Assembly: GCA_965206105.1 (NCBI GenBank)
Contig: OZ242201.1
Location: 588,852-652,851 of the forward strand
Source: Longimicrobiales bacterium
GTDB lineage: Bacteria; Gemmatimonadota; Gemmatimonadetes; Longimicrobiales; Gaopeijiaceae
Reading direction: 5' to 3'
Length of the DNA: 64,000 nt
The notes under the pieces are model-generated. The model made no database searches. It was not told where the DNA came from and saw nothing but the letters and a program-made list of their open reading frames with translations. This document shows positions 16,895 to 25,315 of this stretch, piece after piece. How positions within the stretch are numbered: position 1 is the stretch's first letter; every line of letters starts with the position of its first letter. Both the position numbers and the translations under genes were made by a program.

Positions 16895-18766
16895 TCACCC
16901 CGGGCTGTTCGGGCGCCGCCCTCCCTCTCTGCCTTGCCCGGGGCCGCGGCCCCGCCCGCCTCGCGATTCCCGCCACTCCCGCATCTGCTGCTCGATCTGC
17001 TGCTGGATCTCCCGGAATCGGGGGTGCCGCCGCAACGGGTCCCACACGGGACTGGTCGAGAGGAAGGCCAGCGCGGGATCCCTCGCCTCGACGGCCGCCT
17101 CAAGGTGGTCGAGCGCGCCTCCGCGATCGCCAAGGTGGAGGGCCACGGTCGCGGCCTCGACCTGCGACACGCGGTTGCCCCGCTCCTGGCGTGCCGTGAG
17201 ATGGTCGCGCCGCCACTGCCAATAGGTTTGGGGATTGCCGGGGTCGAAGGTCGCGTGCAGCGCTTCGATTGCAGTCCCGGCGGCCGCCGCATCGCGCTGC
17301 GTGGCCCGGATCCACTCTTCGCGGATCCCCACCGCGGCCTCGTAGTCACCCTGGTGGAGGTGGAGATCCTCCAGAGCTGCCCAGGCCGGACTCATCCTCG
17401 GGTTTTCCGTGAGTTCCGTCCGCAGTACGACATCCGCGCTGTCGTACTGGCCCTGTTCCCGATACCGGTACGCCCGCATGAGCGGGGACGGTTCACCGAA
17501 CTGGCGGCCGATTCTGGTCCCCTGCATCAGCCTGCGCCGCGTGAGCGAGTCCGTGTCCGGCCCGGCCTCCGCGACCCCTGCATCGACATCCCCTTCGGCC
17601 AGAGCAAGCAAGCCCGCACCCCAGCCCAGCCGCGGACCCACCTGTCTGGCTGCCTCCTCCACCGCCAACACCTCATCCTCGACACCTCCAAGCCCCCTGG
17701 CCCGCTGCAGGTGCGCGACCGCCATCGCCAGCGTGTCCTCCGGAATCGCCCTCCCCTCCATACGGGCGCCCAGCACGGCGCCGAACAACAAGACGCTGGG
17801 GAGCGCGAAGGTGGAGTCCTCTCCGATCGCCTGATCGAAGAGGGCCACGGCCTCATCCCACCTCTCGGCCTCCAGTGCCTGCCGGCCCTCCAGGTTCAGC
17901 CGGTACGCCTTCGGATCGATCTGCGCGAACTGTTGCGGGACCGCGACGCCGTCCAGCTCCCCCGCCACCGTCCTCGCGATGTCGACGGCAACCTCCGTCT
18001 GGAGGCGAAGAATGTCCCTCATCTCGCGCTGGTAGGTCATCGAGCGCAGGTGCGTGTCCGTGGGCGCGTCCAGGAGCTGCACCGAGATCCGCACGCTGTC
18101 GCTGTCCGCCGCCATCGCGACCGACCCCGTCACGATCCGCTGCACCCCCAGCTCCGCCGCGATCTCGGGGAGGAGCTTGTCCGTGGTGCGGTACCGCTCC
18201 ACCGAGGTTCGCGACACGACCCTGAGCGTGGTGAGTTCGCTCAGCAGCGTGATGATCTCCTCGTGCAGCTGGCGCGCGAAGAGGTCTTCACCGCCGGTGA
18301 GGTCCGCCAGGGGAAGGACCGCGATCGCGGTGACGGTCGTGTCGATGTCCGCGATCGCCAGCACCTCGGCGCCCAGTCCCTCCGCCGGCGGCGCCGCTCC
18401 CTCACCCCCCGCCCGCGCATTTCGCTGGAACCACAACGCTCCCACCCCGGCCACGATCAGCGTGACCACCAGAAGCGCGACCCGGGGCGCCAGGGTCACC
18501 CGCGTGACGCCCTGGTCGCTCGTTCGTTCGAGCCCGTGGGGGGTCAGGTCATACACCCAGGCGCAGGCCAGCACCACCGGCAGGCCCAGGAGCAGAACGA
18601 CGACCAGCGACTGCATCACCCAGTTCGGAGCATCGAAAGCCGGAAGAATGATCTCCCCAAGCTGCAGGAGCACGAATGCCGCGACCACGTAAAAGCCCCC
18701 GCTGCGGACCACACGGCGGCGTTCCACTTCCTTCCAGAACGCGCTCAGGCCCGTTTTTCGCTTCAT
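16895..18766 (-). CDS. membrane-anchored TPR protein with TolB-N-like domain
   Basis: N-terminal FWKEVERRRVVR plus TM helices. Then AVLPLADL..., LRVVSRTS and a TPR-like C-terminal half. Confidence 0.65.
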   Translation of the reverse strand: MKRKTGLSAFWKEVERRRVVRSGGFYVVAAFVLLQLGEIILPAFDAPNWVMQSLVVVLLLGLPVVLACAWVYDLTPHGLERTSDQGVTRVTLAPRVALLVVTLIVAGVGALWFQRNARAGGEGAAPPAEGLGAEVLAIADIDTTVTAIAVLPLADLTGGEDLFARQLHEEIITLLSELTTLRVVSRTSVERYRTTDKLLPEIAAELGVQRIVTGSVAMAADSDSVRISVQLLDAPTDTHLRSMTYQREMRDILRLQTEVAVDIARTVAGELDGVAVPQQFAQIDPKAYRLNLEGRQALEAERWDEAVALFDQAIGEDSTFALPSVLLFGAVLGARMEGRAIPEDTLAMAVAHLQRARGLGGVEDEVLAVEEAARQVGPRLGWGAGLLALAEGDVDAGVAEAGPDTDSLTRRRLMQGTRIGRQFGEPSPLMRAYRYREQGQYDSADVVLRTELTENPRMSPAWAALEDLHLHQGDYEAAVGIREEWIRATQRDAAAAGTAIEALHATFDPGNPQTYWQWRRDHLTARQERGNRVSQVEAATVALHLGDRGGALDHLEAAVEARDPALAFLSTSPVWDPLRRHPRFREIQQQIEQQMREWRESRGGRGRGPGQGREGGRRPNSPG

Positions 18767-19028
18767 TGGTCAGGCTCCCTGCCGGTTTCGATGATCCCTC
18801 GACCTATATGGTGGACCCTTGAGGCCTCGATTTTGCTAGGGGACCTCGCCCGTCGCCCGCTTGCCGCCGCACCCTGTCCCCGGTACTGTACGCCCGCCGG
18901 ACGCTCACGCAAGCTTGCCTCGCCGTCCGGTGCCGCCGCATCATTATGGCGGGGACCGGGGCCGTACCTTGCCCGGCACGGGGCTCGCATCGGCCCCCGC
19001 GCGACCGCTCTTGAAGGAGGATCTGCTC

Positions 19029-20408
19029 ATGCGCCGCATGCATGACCGCCCGTACCGTCCGTCCAGCCCCTTCACCGCCCCGGCGCTATCCATCGCGGCG
19101 GCGGCCATCCTGGCGCTGGCGACCACCCCTCCCGTCGCGGCCCAGCAGTCCGCGGGCAACGGCGAATCGCACGAAGCCGGCGTGACCTTCAGCAAGGACG
19201 TCGCTCCCATCCTCCAGGCCAACTGCCAGATCTGCCACCGGCCAGCTTCCGTCGGCCCGATGTCGCTCCTCACCTACCAGGAGGTCCGCCGGTATGCGTC
19301 GCGGGCGCGGGATCTGGTCTCGAAGCGCCTGATGCCGCCCTTCCACCTCGACACCGGGGTCGGCATCCAGGAGATCAAGGATGACTGGCGGCTGAGCGAC
19401 GAGGAGATCGAGACCTTCGTGGCGTGGGTGGACGCGGGGGCGCCGGAAGGGGATCCGGCCGACCTGCCCCCGCCGGTCGAGTGGCCGAACAAGCAGATGT
19501 GGCAGCTCGAGGACATCCTCGGCCCGCCGGATCACGTGATCAGGTCGACGCCGTTCGACGTGCCCGCCGAGGGTGGCGACACCTGGTGGCGTCCGCGCGT
19601 GCCTACGGGGCTCACCGAAGACAGGTGGGTGATGGCGGCCGAGACGCGTCCCTCCTTCCCGGCCGGCCGCCAGGTCGTCCATCACGCGATCCCGCGCCTC
19701 CTGCGGCTCACCGAGGAGGGCGAGTACCGGCGCATCCAGAGCCTGTCCGAGTACGCCATGGGCAAGGTCGGCGAGATCGTGCCGCGCGACGCGGGAAGGC
19801 TCCTCAAGGCAACCGACCTGATCGAGTGGGATGCCCACTACTATCCCATGGGATACGAAGTGACCGGCGACCAGTTGGAGCTGGGGATCTGGTTCCACGA
19901 GGATGGCTATGAGCCGGAGTTCCGGCAGGACCTGCGCCTCTACCCGCTCCGGGGCGACATCGCGCTCGCGCCCGGGGGGACCGCAATGACACAGGGCTTC
20001 CACCGCTGGGACCACCCGGTGCGCATCGATAGCTACCAGCCGCACGGACATGTGCACCTGCACGCGATGTCCGTGCAGGCGGTGTATCCCAATGGCGATG
20101 TCCGACTCATCAGCATGGTCACGGACTTCGACGCCCGCTGGCATCACAGTTACATCTACGAGGACGACGTGGCGCCGCTCCTCCCGACGGGAACGGTCGT
20201 CGTCCTGACCGGGTGGTACGACAACACCGCCGAGAACGAGCTCACGCCGGACCCCGAGATCTGGTATGCGCGGGGCTCGCGGACGATGGACGAGATGTCG
20301 CATGCGTGGATCGCGGTCACCCACCTCACTGAGGACGGCTACCAACGGCTGGTCGAAGAGCGGGAGAAGAAGCTCGCGAGCGGCGAAAACGGGGGCGACG
20401 GCAACTGA
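19029..20408 (+). CDS. cytochrome c domain fused to PHM/DBH-like copper monooxygenase-like domain
   Basis: The ATG is preceded by GAAGGAGGA. Signal peptide, CQICH heme motif, LMPPF. His/Met pattern VHHA, AHYY, HVHLHAMS, DEMSHAW. Confidence 0.8.
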   Translation: MRRMHDRPYRPSSPFTAPALSIAAAAILALATTPPVAAQQSAGNGESHEAGVTFSKDVAPILQANCQICHRPASVGPMSLLTYQEVRRYASRARDLVSKRLMPPFHLDTGVGIQEIKDDWRLSDEEIETFVAWVDAGAPEGDPADLPPPVEWPNKQMWQLEDILGPPDHVIRSTPFDVPAEGGDTWWRPRVPTGLTEDRWVMAAETRPSFPAGRQVVHHAIPRLLRLTEEGEYRRIQSLSEYAMGKVGEIVPRDAGRLLKATDLIEWDAHYYPMGYEVTGDQLELGIWFHEDGYEPEFRQDLRLYPLRGDIALAPGGTAMTQGFHRWDHPVRIDSYQPHGHVHLHAMSVQAVYPNGDVRLISMVTDFDARWHHSYIYEDDVAPLLPTGTVVVLTGWYDNTAENELTPDPEIWYARGSRTMDEMSHAWIAVTHLTEDGYQRLVEEREKKLASGENGGDGN

Positions 20409-21298
20409 TGCGGGGCGGATGGGGGGTGCGGGATCCGGGCGCGGCGCGGGTGCTGGGCGCGGCAATGATCCTGCTGGCGGTGTCGGCGGCTGCGGGCGGA
20501 CCGCTGGAGGCGCAGCAGCGCCGGCTGCCGCTCGCCCCGATCCTGCCCGAGGGGGACGAAGTGGCCCCGTTCTTCGAAGGCTGGTACCGCAACGACGACG
20601 GCACCTTCACGCTCTCGTTCGGGTTCTTCAACCTGAACAGCCGGCAGATCCTGGACATCCCGATCGGGCCGGAGAACTTCATCGAGCCGGCCGAGTTCGA
20701 CGGGATGCAGCCCACGCACTTCCCGGTGCGGCCGCGCCGGGACCGGGGCGTCTTTCATGTCACGGTGCCCGCTTCGTACGGGGACGGGGAGCAGACGGTG
20801 GTGTGGACGATCACGGCGAACGGGTACACGAACGCGACTCCGGGGCGGGTGGGGGTCCCGGCGCTGCAGCTGGACTACGGGCCGCGGGCGATGGGATCGG
20901 TGTCGCCGGTGGTGCGGTTCAGCCCCGACGGGGAGGCAGGCCAGCACATTCAGGGCGTGTGGGGGGAGCCGCGCACCGCGAAGGTGGGCGAGCCGCTTAC
21001 GCTGACGCTGTGGACGGAGGAGGTTTCGGTGCGCGCGCCCGAGGACCTGGTCAACGTCTCCGTCGACGTGGGGGTGAGCTGGTTCAAGCACCAGGGGCCC
21101 GCCGGGCGGGTCTCGGTGGACCCAAGGCGCATCACGGTGGAAGGCGGCACCGGCGAGGCCACGGCGACCCTGGTCTTCAGCGAGCCGGGGGAGTACGTGC
21201 TGCGGGCGCGCGTCGACAACTGGTCCGCGAACGACAGCACCGGCGGCGACCAATGCTGCTGGACGAACGCGTATGTGCGGGTGACGGTCATGCGCTAG
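20408..21298 (+). CDS. exported protein of unknown function, partner gene; paralog of 627..1673
   Basis: ATGA overlap with the upstream stop (TGATG). Signal peptide. Conserved blocks shared with 627..1673. Confidence 0.75.
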   Translation: MRGGWGVRDPGAARVLGAAMILLAVSAAAGGPLEAQQRRLPLAPILPEGDEVAPFFEGWYRNDDGTFTLSFGFFNLNSRQILDIPIGPENFIEPAEFDGMQPTHFPVRPRRDRGVFHVTVPASYGDGEQTVVWTITANGYTNATPGRVGVPALQLDYGPRAMGSVSPVVRFSPDGEAGQHIQGVWGEPRTAKVGEPLTLTLWTEEVSVRAPEDLVNVSVDVGVSWFKHQGPAGRVSVDPRRITVEGGTGEATATLVFSEPGEYVLRARVDNWSANDSTGGDQCCWTNAYVRVTVMR

Positions 21299-21358
21299 GC
21301 GTTGCCGTGACGTGCCTGACGTTTGTCGTGACGCTCTGACCTGTCGCTGTCCCGCCCC

Positions 21359-21398
21359 GACCTTTACTGTCACGCCCGGACCTTTCACCGTCACGCCC
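21359..21398 (+). repeat. tandem direct repeat in intergenic region
   Basis: GACCTTTACTGTCACGCCC / GGACCTTTCACCGTCACGCCC. Preceded by several TGACG/GTGACG words. Confidence 0.6.
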
Positions 21399-21414
21399 TG
21401 ACAAGGAAGCGAAA

Positions 21415-22614
21415 ATGGACACGAATCGGCGGGATTTTCTGAAGACGACGGTTGCCGCGGGCGGGGCTGTTGCGGCGGGGGTCACTCCTGTGGGGCTCGC
21501 GGGGTTGGCCGGGGGTGGTGGCGTGGGAGGCGCGTCGACGGCGGAGGGCGCGACGCCGCAGCCCAGCGCCGAGGCACAGACCAGGGCCGCGCAGTCGCTC
21601 CGCATCCTGATCCTGGGCGGGACCGGGTTCATCGGTCCGCACCAGGTCGAGTATGCGCTGTCGCGCGGGCACGAAGTCACGCTCTTCAACCGCGGCCGCA
21701 CCAACTCGCACCTCTTCCCCGGAGTCGAGAAGCTGGTCGGCGACCGCGAGAGCGACCTCTCCGCGCTGGAGGGGCGGAGCTGGGACGCGGTGGTGGACAA
21801 TTCGGCGACCAACGCGCCGCACTGGGTGGAGGCGAGCGCGAACCTGCTCAGGGACTCGTGCGAGCGCTACATCTTCGTCTCGACGCGGTCGGTCTACGCC
21901 GACACCAGCCGGGTGCCGATGTCGATCGAGGCGCCGGTCTGGACGTACGAGAACGCCGGCGTGGAGCGCGGCGCGGATCGGCTCCCCTACGGTCTCGGCA
22001 AGGCAATCTCCGAGCAGATCGCCCGGGACGTATTCGGCGAGGACCGCACCCTGGTCTTCCGGCCCGGCCTCATCATCGGCCCGGGCGACAACACGGACCG
22101 CTTCACCTACTGGCCCGTGCGCATCCACCGCGGCGGCGAGGTCCTCTCCCCCGGCGACGGCACCGACCCGGTGCAGATCATCGACGTGCGCGATTTCGGC
22201 GACTGGCTGGTGCGCATGGCCGAGGCGGGCGAGCACGGCACCTACAACGTCGTCGGCCCGGCGACGCCCCGTCCCATGAGCGAGATGCTCTACGGCATCC
22301 GCGCCGTGACCACCGCCGAGACCTCCTTCACCTGGGTGGATGCGGACTTCCTCCGCGAGGCGGGGCTGCGCCCCTACGGGGAGATGCCGGTGTGGCGCCC
22401 CGCCCGCGACGGGTTCGAGGGCTTCGCGCGCTTCGACCTCACGCCGGAAGTCGAGAAGGGCCTCACCTTCCGCTCGCTCGCCGACACGACCGCGGCGACG
22501 CTGGAGTTCCATTTCTCGCGTCCGGAGGAGCGGCAGGCCCGGGTGTTCAACAGGCTGAGCCCCGAGCGGGAGGCCGAGGTGCTGGCGGCGTGGCATGCGT
22601 CGCGGCGGGGGTAA
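21415..22614 (+). CDS. Tat-exported NAD(P)-dependent epimerase/dehydratase (SDR) family protein
   Basis: Twin-arginine motif NRRDFLK and Rossmann ILILGGTGFIG. Confidence 0.85.
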   Translation: MDTNRRDFLKTTVAAGGAVAAGVTPVGLAGLAGGGGVGGASTAEGATPQPSAEAQTRAAQSLRILILGGTGFIGPHQVEYALSRGHEVTLFNRGRTNSHLFPGVEKLVGDRESDLSALEGRSWDAVVDNSATNAPHWVEASANLLRDSCERYIFVSTRSVYADTSRVPMSIEAPVWTYENAGVERGADRLPYGLGKAISEQIARDVFGEDRTLVFRPGLIIGPGDNTDRFTYWPVRIHRGGEVLSPGDGTDPVQIIDVRDFGDWLVRMAEAGEHGTYNVVGPATPRPMSEMLYGIRAVTTAETSFTWVDADFLREAGLRPYGEMPVWRPARDGFEGFARFDLTPEVEKGLTFRSLADTTAATLEFHFSRPEERQARVFNRLSPEREAEVLAAWHASRRG

Positions 22615-22651
22615 GTCAAGCAAACCTTACAAACTGTAAAGCGAAGTTTAC
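22615..22651 (+). repeat. 37-bp AT-rich bipartite element, copy C (direct units)
   Basis: GTCAAGCAAACCTTAC-AAACT-GTAAAGCGAAGTTTAC. Starts right after the stop at 22614 and ends 1 nt before the ATG at 22653. Confidence 0.75.
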
Positions 22652-22652
22652 C

Positions 22653-24404
22653 ATGATGGGATTCGGATCGCGATCGGGGTGGTCCAGCAGCCTCGTGGCC
22701 ACGTTCGCCGTGGCTGGCGTCGCGCTGCTCGGCGCTTGCGCCGATGACGCTGCCGGGCCAGCCGCGCCCGCCGACCTGGTGCTGCGCGGGGGGGTGGTCG
22801 CCACGGTGGACGCCGACAACACGATGGCCGAGGCGGTGGCAATCACCGACGGGTGGATCGTGGCGGTGGGCAGCGACGAGGAGGTCGCCGCGTTCATCGG
22901 CGACGGCACCGAGGTGATCGAGCTGGACGGCCGGTTCGCCATGCCCGGCTTCATCGAGGGACACGGCCACTACATGAGCCTCGGCAACTCGAAGACGATC
23001 CTCGATCTGAACGACGCCGCCAACTGGGACGAGATCGTGCAGATGGTCGCCGAGGCGGTGGCCGACGCCGAGCCCGGCGAGTGGATCCGCGGTCGCGGAT
23101 GGCACCAGGAGAAGTGGGACCGGCCGCCCGACCCGGTCGTGGAAGGCAACCCGACCCACGCGACGCTAACCGCGGTCAGCCCGGAAAACCCGGTGCTGCT
23201 GGGCCACGCGTCGGGGCACGCGGCCTTCGCCAACGCGCTGGCTTTGGAACTGGGAGGCTTCACGAGAGACTCCGAACCGCCCCCCGGCGGCGAACTGGTT
23301 CGCGACGAGAACGGCGAACTGACCGGCCTCCTGCGCGAGACGGCCCAGGGACCGGTATCCGCGGCCTTCGCCGATTCGCAGCTTGGCCGCACGGCGGAGG
23401 AGATCGATGCCCAGTTCCGGCGCGAGGTAATGCTGGCCGCCGAGGAGGCGCTCTCCAAGGGCGTGACCTCGTTTCAGGATGCGGGCGCCGGCTTCGGCAC
23501 CATCGACCGCCTCAAGGAGATGGAGGCCGAGGGCGCGCTCCCCGTCCGCCTCTACATCATGGTCCGCCGCCAGTCCAACGAGGAGATGGATGCGCGTCTG
23601 CCCGACTACTACATGCCTTCCGAGGGGGACGACTATCTCACCGTGCGGTCGATCAAGCGCCAGATCGACGGGGCGCTCGGGTCGCACGGGGCGTGGCTGC
23701 TGGAGCCGTACGAGGACATGCCCGAATCGGTCGGGCTCGTGCTCGAAACGGTCGAGGACATCACGGGGACCGCGCACGTCGCGATCAAGCACGGGTTCCA
23801 GGTCAACACGCACGCGATCGGGGACCGCGCGAACCGCGAGGTCCTGAACATCTACGAGGCCGTCTTCGATTCGGCCGGCGGCGCGGAGGACCTGCGCTGG
23901 AGGATCGAGCACGCACAGCACGTCCACCCCGACGATGTGCAGCGCTTCGCTGAACTCGGCGTCCTCGCCTCGATGCAGGGCGTGCACGCCACCTCGGACT
24001 TTCCGTGGGTGCCCCTCCGCCTGGGCGATGACCGCACCGAGAAGCGGACCTACCTGTGGCGCTCGTTCCTCGACGCCGGCGTGCTCATCAACAACGGGAC
24101 CGACGTGCCGGTCGAGGACATCGATCCGCTCGCCAGCTTCCGCGCCTCGGTCACCCGCCGGACCGCCGACGGGTCCATCTATTACCCGGAACAGAACATG
24201 ACCCGTATCGAGGCGCTCCGCAGCTACACGGTCAACAACGCCATTGCCGCCTTCGAAGAGGAGTACAAGGGCTCGCTCGAGGTCGGCAAGCTCGGCGATG
24301 TGGTGGTGATCGATCGCGACATTCTCACCGTGCCGGACGGGGAGCTGGCGGACGCGCGCGTGGACATGACCATCGTGGGAGGAGTGGTGCGGTATGCGCG
24401 GTAG
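22653..24404 (+). CDS. amidohydrolase family (Amidohydro_3-like) lipoprotein
   Basis: Lipobox LLGAC. Motifs LRGGVVATVD, MPGFIEGHGH and NTHAIGD. Confidence 0.85.
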   Translation: MMGFGSRSGWSSSLVATFAVAGVALLGACADDAAGPAAPADLVLRGGVVATVDADNTMAEAVAITDGWIVAVGSDEEVAAFIGDGTEVIELDGRFAMPGFIEGHGHYMSLGNSKTILDLNDAANWDEIVQMVAEAVADAEPGEWIRGRGWHQEKWDRPPDPVVEGNPTHATLTAVSPENPVLLGHASGHAAFANALALELGGFTRDSEPPPGGELVRDENGELTGLLRETAQGPVSAAFADSQLGRTAEEIDAQFRREVMLAAEEALSKGVTSFQDAGAGFGTIDRLKEMEAEGALPVRLYIMVRRQSNEEMDARLPDYYMPSEGDDYLTVRSIKRQIDGALGSHGAWLLEPYEDMPESVGLVLETVEDITGTAHVAIKHGFQVNTHAIGDRANREVLNIYEAVFDSAGGAEDLRWRIEHAQHVHPDDVQRFAELGVLASMQGVHATSDFPWVPLRLGDDRTEKRTYLWRSFLDAGVLINNGTDVPVEDIDPLASFRASVTRRTADGSIYYPEQNMTRIEALRSYTVNNAIAAFEEEYKGSLEVGKLGDVVVIDRDILTVPDGELADARVDMTIVGGVVRYAR

Positions 24405-24531
24405 CGGCCCCGGGCAGAGGCAACGCGGAGGTCCACGGCGGTCGGGCTCTGGGGATCAAGTACGACCGATTCCGCAATTGCGCCGCCCCTACCCCGAATC
24501 AGCTGCGATCCGGTCCCGGGGCGCCTGCACG

Positions 24532-25053
24532 ATGCTCTGCGTTGCCGCGCTGGCTGCGTTCGCCGCCTGCGGGGGGACCCCTGGAACCGGCGAAGGTGCA
24601 CAGGAATCGGACGGCACGGGGTCCGGCGAAGTCGCACAACAGGAAGGCGGCGCAATGTCCGAACCCACCCCCATCGAGCACATCGTCCCGGAGGGCGTGG
24701 CGCGGCTGCCCGTCTTCACCCCGGCCGTCCGCGTCGGCGACCTCGTCTTCCTTTCCGGCGCGATCGGCACCCCGCCCACCGGCGAACTCCGCGTCGTCGA
24801 GGGCGGCGTCGGGCCCGAGACCCGTGCAACCATGGAGAACATCCGCCGTGTACTCGAAGCGGCGGGACTCGGCTTCGAGGACCTGGTGAAGTGCACCGTC
24901 TTCCTCGCCGACATCGCCGACTACGCGGCCATGAACGAGGTCTACGTGACGTACTTCGAGGGCATGGAGCCGCCTGCGCGTTCCGCGATGGCCGGGAGCG
25001 GGCTGGCGCTGGGCGCCAGGGTGGAGATCGAGTGCATCGCGAGGGGGAAGTAG
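24532..25053 (+). CDS. ridA: RidA/YjgF family protein with lipoprotein signal
   Basis: MLCVAALAAFAACGG signal. RidA core: GDLVFLSGAIG ... VKCTVFLADIADYAAMNEVY ... ARVEIECIA. Confidence 0.85.
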   Translation: MLCVAALAAFAACGGTPGTGEGAQESDGTGSGEVAQQEGGAMSEPTPIEHIVPEGVARLPVFTPAVRVGDLVFLSGAIGTPPTGELRVVEGGVGPETRATMENIRRVLEAAGLGFEDLVKCTVFLADIADYAAMNEVYVTYFEGMEPPARSAMAGSGLALGARVEIECIARGK

Positions 25054-25315
25054 CGGCACCGGCGCCGACGATGTGCGGCGCAGACTCCTAGCGCCTCGGC
25101 ACTCTCGCCAGCACGCGAACTTCCGGTAGGGACCCTGGACTTGCGTTAGCGGAGGTAGAACATCTACATAGATTGGACATATACTGTTTCTTTATCTATG
25201 CTTCCGACGACCTGCTCATGTACGGTAATCGACAGCCTTCTGACGCAGGAAGGATACGATAAGGCGCTTAGGGGGTATCTGGCGTGGAACTCGGGCGATG
25301 GAGGTTTGGACCAAC

